The position numbers were made by a program, and so were the translations under genes. From assembly GCA_022340745.1 (NCBI GenBank), contig JAJDNL010000239.1:155-64154 (forward strand): DNA of 64,000 nucleotides, read 5' to 3'. This DNA is from Deltaproteobacteria bacterium. Its GTDB lineage: Bacteria > Desulfobacterota > Syntrophobacteria > BM002. How positions within the stretch are numbered: the first letter of the stretch is position 1; the number at the start of each line of letters is the position of its first letter. Shown in pieces: positions 30,602-39,730 of the stretch. The notes beneath the pieces are model-generated. The model ran no database searches. It was not told the origin of the DNA and saw nothing but the letters and a program-made list of their open reading frames with translations.

Positions 30602-30675
30602 GAGGTTTCAGTGTTCAGGTTTCAGCTTTTATTGCTGTATTTCCTGACACCTGACACCCGACACCTGAAACCTCC
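30602..30675. repeat. family D heptamer hairpin element copy, inverted orientation
   Basis: GAGGTTTCAGTGTTCAGGTTTCAG...CCTGACACCTGACACCCGACACCTGAAACC. Together with a partial copy at 30058-30100 it brackets the FKBP-like gene. Confidence 0.6.
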
Positions 30676-30805
30676 ACAAAAGCCCGCAATCTTCACCTAC
30701 AACCCTGCCACGGGCGGGAGTCACCTGGTCTCCGGTGCACAATGATTTGCTTTTTTCTTGACTTGCCGCTACTATCTGACGGTCATCAACGAAAAGGGAG
30801 TAAGT

Positions 30806-31306
30806 ATGGCGAGGCTAGGGACTGTGCAAAAAAAAATATCTTTGTTTACCATGATCGTGACGATGTCCATTACTTTTTCTTTCCTTTCCGCCGCAAATGT
30901 TAGAGGCGGCAATCTCATGGATCTCACGTTGGTGGATGTGGATGGGAAGAAGGTGAGTCTCGATCAGGTGGCTGGGGACCAACTGCTCCTGCTTTATTTT
31001 TGGGCTACCTGGTGTAAGCCCTGTCGAAAAGCACAACCCAAGGTTGCCGCACTTGCCGAAAAATATAAGGACATGGTTAAGGTGGTGGGAATTAATGTGG
31101 GAGAATTGGATTCGCCAAAAGATATAAAAAAATATATTTCCCGTCAAAAGATCACCTACACCATGTTAATTGACCACAACGATGAGGCAGTGAAAAAGTT
31201 CTCCGTTGCTGCCATCCCAGTGATTATCCTTTTGGATGAAACCGGTAAAATCTTGTTCCGCGATCATGAGCCGCCGGCAAATCTGGATAAGTTCTTCTCT
31301 GAATAG
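30806..31306 (+). CDS. TlpA/ResA-like thiol-disulfide oxidoreductase (thioredoxin fold), exported
   Basis: WCKPC active site inside LLLYFWATWCKPCRK; N-terminal signal/anchor; RBS AAGGGAG upstream. Its TAG stop is the first three bases of a solo MITE-A terminus. Confidence 0.7.
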   Translation: MARLGTVQKKISLFTMIVTMSITFSFLSAANVRGGNLMDLTLVDVDGKKVSLDQVAGDQLLLLYFWATWCKPCRKAQPKVAALAEKYKDMVKVVGINVGELDSPKDIKKYISRQKITYTMLIDHNDEAVKKFSVAAIPVIILLDETGKILFRDHEPPANLDKFFSE

Positions 31307-31323
31307 CCCGGATGTTTCATGAC
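31304..31323. repeat. solo MITE-A terminus overlapping stop codon of TlpA-like gene
   Basis: TAGCCCGGATGTTTCATGA; the TAG is the stop of the 30806-31306 CDS. Confidence 0.65.
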
Positions 31324-31448
31324 TTGCAGTAAGCCCATGTTCGATGACATTACAATTGAAGCTCCCTGAGTTCATGGTTCAGACTTCCAAAAAGAGTTAG
31401 CTCAGCCCATTTGGCAGCAAGATTCTCTAATAAGGTGGAAAGCACACT

Positions 31449-31655
31449 ATGACTATGCCTTTACTGATTGCCAGTATTTTGGCGGGAATTTTGGTGACCT
31501 GTGTAGGTATTTACCGTGCTTACAACCAGGGCGAGTTCATGCCCCTGGTCTTGGGCATGCTAATATTAATGAGTTGCGCAGCTAATTACCTCAAACGGCT
31601 TACCAAAAAAGAAGACGGGGAAGACCAATCCACAGATGAGGCGGCAAACGGTTAG
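31449..31655 (+). CDS. small membrane protein, hypothetical
   Basis: 68 aa ORF with two predicted TM helices; no recognisable family; sits between two MITE-A copies. Confidence 0.3.
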   Translation: MTMPLLIASILAGILVTCVGIYRAYNQGEFMPLVLGMLILMSCAANYLKRLTKKEDGEDQSTDEAANG

Positions 31656-31689
31656 ACCGAATCGACGATTTTACCTTTGTTCTGCTGGC

Positions 31690-31873
31690 TAGCCCGGATA
31701 TTTCATGAATGACTTGCTGCGACCACGGATATGCACGTCCTTCCTGGCGTCCTCGGATGTCGGCCCCTGCAACGTACGGTACAGGTACGCCTCGGAACCG
31801 ACACCCTGCGGTTGCCAGGTTGCACGCCCATCTTCGTGGTCTCGCGACAGCAATTCATGAAATATCCGGGCTA
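31690..31873. mobile_element. MITE-A copy (184 bp), terminal inverted repeats TAGCCCGGATATTTCATGAA
   Basis: Perfect 20-bp TIRs; internal nested inverted repeat (TTGCTGCGACCACGG...CTCGCGACAGCAA). Core shares GTACGTCGCA...CGACACCCGAGGACGCC...ATATCCGCGGTCGCAG blocks with the other copies. Confidence 0.75.
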
Positions 31874-32646
31874 GGTTTCAAGGCGGTGACCAGCATACGT
31901 TTGTTGAGAAGACCGTAATCGTCGGCCTTTGGGTGAGAAACCAGAAGACCACCACAGTCGATTTGCTGGAAGCCGCTTTCAGTGAGGAGCGCTTCCATAT
32001 CTTGGGGCTGGAAAAGCCGGGCAAAGTAGCGAACATCTCGGATAAGACCACGTTCTTTACTCAAAACAATTTCCCTCACCAAAACCCCTTCGTCTTGTAG
32101 TTGACGTTCCCGACATACCACCACATCTTCATTGGCCTCGTGCCAACTGCTGGGCTTGAATTGCCGGCGCGCGTAGTCGCTGTGGATTAAGTCAAGGAGC
32201 ACCCTACCGCCTGGTTTCAACAAGCGGCGGATCTCTCGAAGTATCTCCTGGTTCTGGCTGTCTTCTTTGAAGTAACCAAAGGAATTTCCCATAACCAATA
32301 CCACGTCAAAGCTTTCGTCCGCCAACCCTACCCTACAGGCATCACCGCGACAGAAATGTATCGAGGAGTCGATTTTCGTGGCAGCGTGAGAACCCACTTC
32401 TAACAATACCTGCGAGTAGTCAACCACCATCACATTTCTGTAGCCGCGCCTGGTCAACTCGATGGCATGTCGCCCTTGACCGCCACAAAGGTCGAGAATG
32501 AGATCGTCAGTCCTGAGGCTGAGAGTGGCCTCAACCATGTCGACCTCGGTAGCTGTTACTTCCGGGCAACACACACTACGAGCGTCAGTTACAAGATACG
32601 TCTCGTCAAAAATATGTTGCCACCAAGTGGGATCATATTCATCCAT
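31855..32646 (-). CDS. class I SAM-dependent methyltransferase
   Basis: Motif I VLDLCGGQGRHAIEL and motif post-I/II (LKPGGRVLLD). Confidence 0.75.
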   Translation of the reverse strand: MDEYDPTWWQHIFDETYLVTDARSVCCPEVTATEVDMVEATLSLRTDDLILDLCGGQGRHAIELTRRGYRNVMVVDYSQVLLEVGSHAATKIDSSIHFCRGDACRVGLADESFDVVLVMGNSFGYFKEDSQNQEILREIRRLLKPGGRVLLDLIHSDYARRQFKPSSWHEANEDVVVCRERQLQDEGVLVREIVLSKERGLIRDVRYFARLFQPQDMEALLTESGFQQIDCGGLLVSHPKADDYGLLNKRMLVTALKPSPDIS

Positions 32647-32923
32647 AACTACCTCTCCACTGCCGGGAGGGGGCTAACCATTTGGTAACAGAGGGGGATT
32701 CTGTCTGCGCAGTCAGAAAATCCCAAATCCGAATATCTAAATCCTAATGACCAAAACTAAGAATGATTCTATTTGTGCAATTTTGTTTTGAACATTGGAA
32801 AATTGGGATTTAGAATTTGTTTCGAGCTTCGGATTTAGGATTTCGGATTTATTATCTGCCGTTTTCGGCTCGAAATTCGGAATTCGAAACTTACGCTTCT
32901 TTCGAGAGAAGTTGCTTCCCGCA

Positions 32924-34312
32924 CTACTCTTGAGGATGAGAGCCGAAGGAGAAAAGCCCATCACTTGCCATCAAGGCTGGTTGTCCGGTCCAGGGGGCGG
33001 TCCTGGCAATGGCTTCCTCTTCAGCGGCAATATGGACAAAATCGTCCAACCTTCCCGCCCGCCACCACTCAGTCAACTGCACAGCGTCAGCCCACAGGTT
33101 CTCGCAGTAGACTTGCAGTTGTTTCATCTGAGCCTCATTTATGAGCCGCGGTCGCCAAGCGGTCATTATCGGGCCCAACAGATAAGTGTGCCCCATGGCC
33201 ACGGCCTGCTCATTCACTTCCTGGCGAATTTCTTCAAGTAAGCTGTACTGCACTCGACAAATGGCTGCATTGATTTGCTCTGCCACTTCGCCCCCGGGAG
33301 TGGTTCTCGGCAGGAGAGCAAGCGCCTGGGTGCCACCTCCAGCCCCAACATTCGTAGGAATTCCGCCAAAACGGCCCAGAAAACCGATCAGTCCCGCATC
33401 TGTGATGAGGCAGCGAAAATCCGTCTGCCACCTTTGCAATCCCACCCTTTGCTCTTCGCTGAAAAGCCAGGGGGAGTCTTCCGCCCACAGAGGAAGTGGC
33501 ACCAGTTCCTGCACAATATAATCGCCGGCCGTGAGAGCCTCCTGGAGATCTGCATCCGGGTCTTCACTCTTGAAGCCGATAAAGATCCCTTCGCCGGAAT
33601 AGCCTTGCACGGGCTTGAGCACCAGCCGATCCCAATTCTCCTTGGTCCAGGTCACCAAATCGTTTATGGCCTCGTCCTCGGGCCCGGTGGTAGATCTCTC
33701 ATACAATTGCCTCGTCCAAGGTGTTCTTTGAACCGTGGTCTCATGCAACTGCTCACGTAGGGAATCGGTAACTGCTTCAAATATACCTTTGGCTCCCGCA
33801 GGCTCCATCCCGCGAGGGTTCACAACCAGATCATCTTTGATGGCTTGACGTAGGGCCGTGAGGGGTCCGTCTTTTTCCATCTTTAAAAGCACGTCATTGT
33901 TGAAATCCATAAAGATCAAGGTTACCTGAAGGCCCTGGTGGTACAGAGATCCTTTATGATAATCAAGCTCCTGCGGGGCGGCCAGTGCCGCCGTTACCTC
34001 ATCGATACTACCTAGATACTGGACAAAATTTCGGTTTTCAACGACTGTATCCAGCGTATCAGGCTCGGCCACCAGAACGATGTGAGCTGCTTGGTTTCCA
34101 TTCCGTTTCTTATGAGCTCGAAGCAAGGCAGCTGCAAAAGCAGGTACCGGATTCAAAAATTCATGGTCGAAATCAAGACGAATATCCAAGCCTAAATGAG
34201 GTTGCAGCAGACGCCATGCTAATTTACCCAACTCCTGGGTGATTCGTTGATATTCCCAACCACCAGGACTGCCGAGATTCCACTCCGAGTGATAACCTAA
34301 GAAATCTTCCAC
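32924..34312 (-). CDS. ATP-grasp fold ligase-like protein (GshB/RimK-type core with extra N- and C-terminal regions)
   Basis: 462 aa. Central LVLKPVQGYSGEGIFIG (ATP-binding Lys loop), DYIVQELV, and ...GRFGGIPTNVGAGGG (R-x-N-x-x-GG) match ATP-grasp segments. Confidence 0.5.
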   Translation of the reverse strand: MEDFLGYHSEWNLGSPGGWEYQRITQELGKLAWRLLQPHLGLDIRLDFDHEFLNPVPAFAAALLRAHKKRNGNQAAHIVLVAEPDTLDTVVENRNFVQYLGSIDEVTAALAAPQELDYHKGSLYHQGLQVTLIFMDFNNDVLLKMEKDGPLTALRQAIKDDLVVNPRGMEPAGAKGIFEAVTDSLREQLHETTVQRTPWTRQLYERSTTGPEDEAINDLVTWTKENWDRLVLKPVQGYSGEGIFIGFKSEDPDADLQEALTAGDYIVQELVPLPLWAEDSPWLFSEEQRVGLQRWQTDFRCLITDAGLIGFLGRFGGIPTNVGAGGGTQALALLPRTTPGGEVAEQINAAICRVQYSLLEEIRQEVNEQAVAMGHTYLLGPIMTAWRPRLINEAQMKQLQVYCENLWADAVQLTEWWRAGRLDDFVHIAAEEEAIARTAPWTGQPALMASDGLFSFGSHPQE

Positions 34313-34339
34313 AGATACCTCCCTCGTTCGTGTCCACCC

Positions 34340-34424
34340 GAATGTCGGGTGTCAGGTGTCAGGTGTCAGGGAAGAAAAACAAAACAACTGAAACCTGAAC
34401 ACTGAAACCTGAAACCTCTTCTAC
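34340..34424. repeat. family D heptamer hairpin element copy
   Basis: GTCGGGTGTCAGGTGTCAGGTGTCAGGGAAGAAAAACAAAACAACTGAAACCTGAACACTGAAACCTGAAACC; immediately upstream (5' side) of the ATP-grasp gene on the other strand. Confidence 0.7.
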
Positions 34425-34520
34425 CGACAAAGACATTGAACTATGACCCCCGCAAGGCGGGATCGTGGACTGGCCCCAAGGACCAGGTTTTCGATGTTAA
34501 ATAAGTGCTGACTAACCAGT

Positions 34521-36188
34521 TTATTTGAAGCCACCTGCAGCTGAACTACCATCCTCCGTCAGATTTTCAAATCTCCAGGCAGCAAGATGAAATGGTATCT
34601 CGCCCCCCTCCAATAGGAGCCGGTGAAAATGCTGCCAGCCAAACGCGGGGAGAAAACGTTGCCGCAGCTCCATAATCTCGTATTTCCCCAGGCTGTAACA
34701 CAGCTGGTAGCCAGGATTCAACCGAAATCGTTCCACTTGAGCCATTGCCTCGTCCGCCGCGAAACCTACTGATACGAGGAGATCGGCACCCTTTTCCATG
34801 GTAAAGCTCTGCATGGCCAGGCCGGAGTCTATCAAACACCGAGCTGCCCGCCACAGTCTTCTCTTACAATCCACCAGGAGTTCCAACTCGTCCTTTACAT
34901 ACCCGGATTCGGCAAGAATAGCTTCCGCATAGTAGGCCCACCCTTCATAGAAAAGGGGCGATTCGATTTGACGCCGCACAGGGTTTTTCAGGTGTCGCCG
35001 GATGCTGTCCAATAAATGATGTCCGGGATAGGTTTCGTGTCCAGAAAGAAACCTGTACTCACGATGTAACCGTTGCCTGCGGAGTACGTCCATGTGTGAA
35101 TTGCCGGCTGTATTACCAGCGGTAATGTAGAAGTAGGCCTGTTCACCAGGGTCAATAGTTAACGGCGCGCTGTATGAGGCACCACTTCTCACTGATCGTA
35201 AATAGGTTGGTGTTTCGCTGAGTACTACCTCCTGGTCCAGATGGCCATCTAACAGCTTGAGTTTTTGGCAAAGATCACGAAGACTTTCTATTTCATCACC
35301 GTAGAGGCGAAAAAGATCCAGTTCTTCCCCTGTGCCAGGTAGGTAGTTCTCATAAAGCTGCTGCCAATCCTGGCTGGGATCGATGCTTCGACGCAGCCGG
35401 TCCATTTCTTCCTGGCTGTCCTGCCATTCTTCCTCAGCGATGGCGAAAATTTCCTCCAATGGCCTATTGCAGCCGAAATGGCGCTGAACAAGCTCTTCTA
35501 CCGAAATCGACTGAACCGACGCTGCGGGTGTCGGTCCAATTGCTCGCAGTCTCTGGGAAAAAGCAGCAAGCGCATGCTGGGCTTCGTTGCACACTCGTAC
35601 CAGTTGTCTCCGGTGGCTCTCTCTCCTCACCTCTCGAAGAAGTTCTTCAAGATACTCTTGCGCATCCTTACCCATCGCCACTGCGGCCCGATAGTAGGGC
35701 CCGGGGATGGTGCTTAAATTCTTGCCCGCTTGCCTCAACAAGCAGCTCAGACCAGCAAGCCGTTCAATAGTACGCTCGAAACGCTCCTTTTCGTCGGCGG
35801 CAGGCTTGTTCACAGCATGATCCACCCCGATACAACCGACCTTGAGATACATCAGAGGATTATGACGCCAGGATTGGACCTCTTCTAATTCAATGAGCAC
35901 GCCAGCCATGTTGTGCAGCAGAAACTGCCGATCAATTTCCTCTTCGAAATCCTGAGCCGCTGGTTGTTTTCGCAATTGGTTCTGCAGGTCACGCACGGAC
36001 GCCCCCACTGTTCCAATTGCTTCCTGGCTCAATTCGTCCGTACGGTCCAAAAACTGTACCGCTTCTTGGACACGGGGCAGAAAGTGGAATTCATCACTGG
36101 CGCACATCACCGGAAAAGCTCTGGCGAGTAAGGAGAAGTACTCTTCGGCTATTCTGCTTATCTGGCTTTCCGGCTGATCTGACATCAT
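34521..36188 (-). CDS. DUF885-family protein (putative metallopeptidase-like)
   Basis: About 555 aa. Contains HETYPGHHLL, which matches the conserved HE-x-x-PGHH block I associate with DUF885. Start set at MMSDQ. Confidence 0.55.
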   Translation of the reverse strand: MMSDQPESQISRIAEEYFSLLARAFPVMCASDEFHFLPRVQEAVQFLDRTDELSQEAIGTVGASVRDLQNQLRKQPAAQDFEEEIDRQFLLHNMAGVLIELEEVQSWRHNPLMYLKVGCIGVDHAVNKPAADEKERFERTIERLAGLSCLLRQAGKNLSTIPGPYYRAAVAMGKDAQEYLEELLREVRRESHRRQLVRVCNEAQHALAAFSQRLRAIGPTPAASVQSISVEELVQRHFGCNRPLEEIFAIAEEEWQDSQEEMDRLRRSIDPSQDWQQLYENYLPGTGEELDLFRLYGDEIESLRDLCQKLKLLDGHLDQEVVLSETPTYLRSVRSGASYSAPLTIDPGEQAYFYITAGNTAGNSHMDVLRRQRLHREYRFLSGHETYPGHHLLDSIRRHLKNPVRRQIESPLFYEGWAYYAEAILAESGYVKDELELLVDCKRRLWRAARCLIDSGLAMQSFTMEKGADLLVSVGFAADEAMAQVERFRLNPGYQLCYSLGKYEIMELRQRFLPAFGWQHFHRLLLEGGEIPFHLAAWRFENLTEDGSSAAGGFK

Positions 36189-36420
36189 TCGTGCTATTTT
36201 ATTGAGGTTATGAATTCCGAAATGAGAAACACGAAGCACGAAACAAATTCAAAATTCAAATTTTCCAATATTCAAAACAATTTCTTTCCGGAAAGCAATT
36301 ACCATTTTGGCCATTTGGATTTCGAAAATTTGAAAATTGTTTCGGATTTCGATATTCGGATTTCGGAGTTTGAAACTATCGCTGCGGATCTGGGACACCT
36401 TCTGGTTACCAGCGATCATT

Positions 36421-37059
36421 CTAACCAAAATCTAAGTCTGGGGGTACCTCCCAGTCGTCGCCGAGAAAAAGCGGGAGCTCAGCGATGCAGATCGGACCCA
36501 CCCTTACCTTCCAGCCAGTCTGCCTCGCCAGTGGCTCCTGCAACGAGGAGGCGAATCCGGGAAGAATCATCTCCCGCTTCGCCTTTTCGTGGTTCAACTG
36601 TGAATCTTCCAGGTGGGCAGCTATCTTTTCGGCTTTCAATGACTGGTAGATCATGGCCATATCAACGGTATCTCCGCGGCAATCAACGCAGAGCAGCCAA
36701 AAAGGACTAAGAGTGCAGGCCATTATTGAGGTAAGCACTTCTTGGGTAAACTCGCTGTTGCCTGAAACGATGAGCAGGCTGCGTTCGTTCGCCTGGTTAA
36801 TCTCCGTCAGCCCTTCAGGGGCTGGGCGTGGTAGCTCCAGGGCAGGGACTTGGGGAAGAAATTGGTCGGCCTTCATAGCCAAATAGAAAGCCCGTACTTG
36901 GTTGCCCTTTAGAGAGGGGCAGTTGTCCGGCGTCCGGGTTCCGTTTTTCATGTGCTTTACGAAAGCAGCACAAGAAACCTCTCCGCACTCTTTACAGTCA
37001 GTCCGCGGGAGATATTGGAGAAAATCGATTCTTTTCAGGTAAAGGTCAGCTGCAATCAT
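36421..37059 (-). CDS. Fe-S cluster protein with CFeSP/RnfB-type N-terminal 4-Cys domain (PF04060-like)
   Basis: N-terminal LPRTDCKECGEVSCAAFV is the C-x2-C-x4-C...C pattern found at the N-terminus of the corrinoid Fe-S protein large subunit and RnfB. The remainder (about 150 aa with a CVDC pair) is unassigned. Confidence 0.5.
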   Translation of the reverse strand: MIAADLYLKRIDFLQYLPRTDCKECGEVSCAAFVKHMKNGTRTPDNCPSLKGNQVRAFYLAMKADQFLPQVPALELPRPAPEGLTEINQANERSLLIVSGNSEFTQEVLTSIMACTLSPFWLLCVDCRGDTVDMAMIYQSLKAEKIAAHLEDSQLNHEKAKREMILPGFASSLQEPLARQTGWKVRVGPICIAELPLFLGDDWEVPPDLDFG

Positions 37060-37182
37060 ATATTCACTGGGGTTAATCCGGCGTGACGTAGGCTGATTCT
37101 CTGAAAAGAGGAAAAGGCACGCTAGATTACAGGGAAGGGATATGAGAAATAACTACTAGGAGTGCTTCCAGGCGGCGTTAGA

Positions 37183-37515
37183 CTACGCTTCCTGCGAGTG
37201 ACGGACAAAGTTATCGAGCCTGAAAACATCCGACCGGCTGAGTTCGATCCACTTCAACCCCACGCCTTGATCCCCACAAGGTTCGTGTTTGGGGCATATC
37301 CAGACGACTTCAGCCCGGGATACAACTGAGCCATGATATTGGGGTAGGTGAACGTTGATTTGCACCCGATCACCCACGTGCATGCTTTCACCGGTGCGGA
37401 CAAAAACTCCAACAGGGCTTATATTCTTGGCCTTGCCTTTGGCGGCGCCACGATCGCCAATCAGACAGTATTGTGTATTGATGCTTGCGCGCGGAAAGCG
37501 TCTTTCTTCTTTCAT
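37183..37515 (-). CDS. PilZ-domain protein (putative c-di-GMP receptor)
   Basis: 110 aa; RRFPR...(20)...NISPVGVFV matches the PilZ RxxxR / (D/N)xSxxG motifs. Confidence 0.7.
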   Translation of the reverse strand: MKEERRFPRASINTQYCLIGDRGAAKGKAKNISPVGVFVRTGESMHVGDRVQINVHLPQYHGSVVSRAEVVWICPKHEPCGDQGVGLKWIELSRSDVFRLDNFVRHSQEA

Positions 37516-37707
37516 CTAGAGCCGCTCCAAAGTGTTTTATTTGTTCATCTTATATCATAATAACAAGGAATTGTATAGTGAAAGTGGTCACTCCCCTGTA
37601 CTCATCAGCCATGCGATAGCCTGCTGGAGTAATGGAGTGGCGAAGCATTGCAGAATATCAAATTGGTCCTTCGGACACCCCACCCTGCGGGCGGGTCCCC
37701 GGTTTCC

Positions 37708-37786
37708 AAGCACAAAATCTCTGGGTATCAGGTGTCGGGTGTCAGGGAAGAAAAACAAAACAACTGAAACCTGAAACCTCCTCTAC
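37708..37786. repeat. family D heptamer hairpin element copy
   Basis: AAGCACAAAATCTCTGGGTATCAGGTGTCGGGTGTCAGGGAAGAAAAACAAAACAACTGAAACCTGAAACC. Confidence 0.7.
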
Positions 37787-38041
37787 CGGCACAGCCATTG
37801 AACGCTGACTTGGCCCCAAGGTCTAAGTTTTCATCTTGAAAATGCTCCAGCGAGCGCATTCCCCGTAGCGACACGACTTGAGCGACACGACCTGAGCTCG
37901 TCGACAGGTCTCGTCGACAGGTCTTGCTGCAGGGAGCTTCAATAAATAGAGGAGCTCCCGACAAGGTAATTCTGTGTCTTGACGATTGTTTATGCTAAAA
38001 TGTTGCGGTCTTTTCTACTGATCTAGTCTTGGAGGTAATGT

Positions 38042-39730
38042 ATGAAGGTTCGAAAGTTGGTCATTGTTGGTGGTGTGGCCGGAGGTGCTTCTGCCGCAGC
38101 CAAGGCGAGGCGCTGTAGCGAAGCAGTGGAAATCATCATGTACGAAAAGGGGCCGGATATCTCTTACGCTAATTGTGGCCTCCCCTACTATCTTTCTGGC
38201 GTCATCGAGAAGCGGGAAGATTTGCTCATCACCTCTGCCGAGTTCTTTCGCCGCCGCTTTCAGGTGGATGCCCGAACCAGTCACGAGGTCATTCAGATAG
38301 ACCGCGATAGCAAAAAAGTGATTGTGAAGAATCTCAATACAGGGCAGATGGAAGAAGAATCCTATGATCGTTTAATCTTGGCCCCCGGCTCTCACCCCAT
38401 AGTACCGCCGGTACCCGGTATAGATCTTCCTTTCGTTTTTTCCTTAAAAACTCTTGAAGACACCGATCGCATATTCAACTACCTTCAGAACAAAAATCCC
38501 CGCAGGGCCGTGGTAGTGGGCGGCGGCCTTATCGGCATTGAAGCTGTCGAGAATCTTGCTCTCAAAGGACTCGAAACCACCGTAGTGGAACTTGCCCCGC
38601 AGGTACTCACCTTCTTGGATTGGGAAATGGCTGAGATGGTCCGCTTGCATATGCGTCAAAAAGATATAAACCTCTGTCTTTCAGAAGGTTTACAGTCAAT
38701 AGAGGAGCAAAACGGCCAAGGGTTGGTGCGCACCGACAAAGGTGGAGAAATCCCCGCTGACCTGGTTCTGGTGGCGATTGGTGTCAGGCCCAACGTTGAT
38801 CTTGCCCAGAATGCGGACCTGGAACTAGGTGTTACCGGCGGGATTAAAGTCAACGAGTTCATGCAGACCAGTGACCCTGATATCTTTGCTGCAGGCGACT
38901 GTATCGAATCCATGAACCTGGTGACCGGCAAGCCGGTTCTCACGCCCATGGGCTCAGCGGCAAACAAAGAAGGACGTGCCGCCGGGGCCAACGCCCTTGG
39001 TCGCAGCATTGCGGTCAAAGGTTTTACCGGTACCATTATTGTCAAGGTCTTCGACCTGACCGTAGCAAAGACTGGCCTATCTGAAAGGGAAGCGATAGCG
39101 GAAGGCTACTCCCCTCTGCCCCTTTATGTGCAACCCGGCCACCACGCCGGCTACTATCCAGGATCCAAGCCCCTCCATATTAAGACTGTGACCGAACGAG
39201 AGAGCGGTAGACTCCTTGGGGCCCAGGTTATTGGGGAGGAGGGAGTAGACAAGCGTGTGGACGTTTTCGCCACCGCCATCTACCAGCAAATGCGTTTGGA
39301 GGATCTCCTTCAACTTGATCTGGCCTATGCCCCTCCCTACTCAGCGGCCAGAGACCCGGTGATAATTGCCGGTGCGGTAGGCCAGAATTATTATCAAGGT
39401 GACTGGGATCCCATCAGCCCCCACGAATTGAAAACGAAAATGGATGCGGGAGAATCCTTTGTGCTGGTGGATGTCCGCACCAGATTGGAACTGCAAGACA
39501 GAGGACCCTTGCCAGGTGCCCTCCATATTCCCATAGATCTTCTCCGAAGGCAGTTGCAGAAACTGGATCCTGAGAAAGAAACCATTTTGTATTGTGCCCA
39601 GGGATTCCGCTCCTACTTGGGCAACCGAATCCTGGCCATGCGTGGCTTCAAACGGGTCAGGACTCTCTCAGGGGGCATGGATAACTGGATGTATGAGGGG
39701 GAATCAGCCCCTGCCCAGTCGGCTGATTAA
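38042..39730 (+). CDS. CoA-disulfide reductase with C-terminal rhodanese domain (CoADR-RHD)
   Basis: FAD/NAD(P) Rossmann VIVGGVAGGASAA, CoADR redox Cys in SYANCGLPYY, C-terminal rhodanese with active Cys in ILYCAQGFRS. Confidence 0.85.
   Translation: MKVRKLVIVGGVAGGASAAAKARRCSEAVEIIMYEKGPDISYANCGLPYYLSGVIEKREDLLITSAEFFRRRFQVDARTSHEVIQIDRDSKKVIVKNLNTGQMEEESYDRLILAPGSHPIVPPVPGIDLPFVFSLKTLEDTDRIFNYLQNKNPRRAVVVGGGLIGIEAVENLALKGLETTVVELAPQVLTFLDWEMAEMVRLHMRQKDINLCLSEGLQSIEEQNGQGLVRTDKGGEIPADLVLVAIGVRPNVDLAQNADLELGVTGGIKVNEFMQTSDPDIFAAGDCIESMNLVTGKPVLTPMGSAANKEGRAAGANALGRSIAVKGFTGTIIVKVFDLTVAKTGLSEREAIAEGYSPLPLYVQPGHHAGYYPGSKPLHIKTVTERESGRLLGAQVIGEEGVDKRVDVFATAIYQQMRLEDLLQLDLAYAPPYSAARDPVIIAGAVGQNYYQGDWDPISPHELKTKMDAGESFVLVDVRTRLELQDRGPLPGALHIPIDLLRRQLQKLDPEKETILYCAQGFRSYLGNRILAMRGFKRVRTLSGGMDNWMYEGESAPAQSAD

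Noticed and set aside
33275-33760. 161-aa plus-strand ORF
   Set aside because: Antisense to the ATP-grasp gene; Pro/Gly/Arg-rich junk translation typical of GC-skewed antisense frames.
36210-36710. 166-aa plus-strand ORF
   Set aside because: Spans a repeat module (36210-36400) and then runs antisense to the Fe-S protein gene; Ser/Pro/Arg-rich low-complexity translation.
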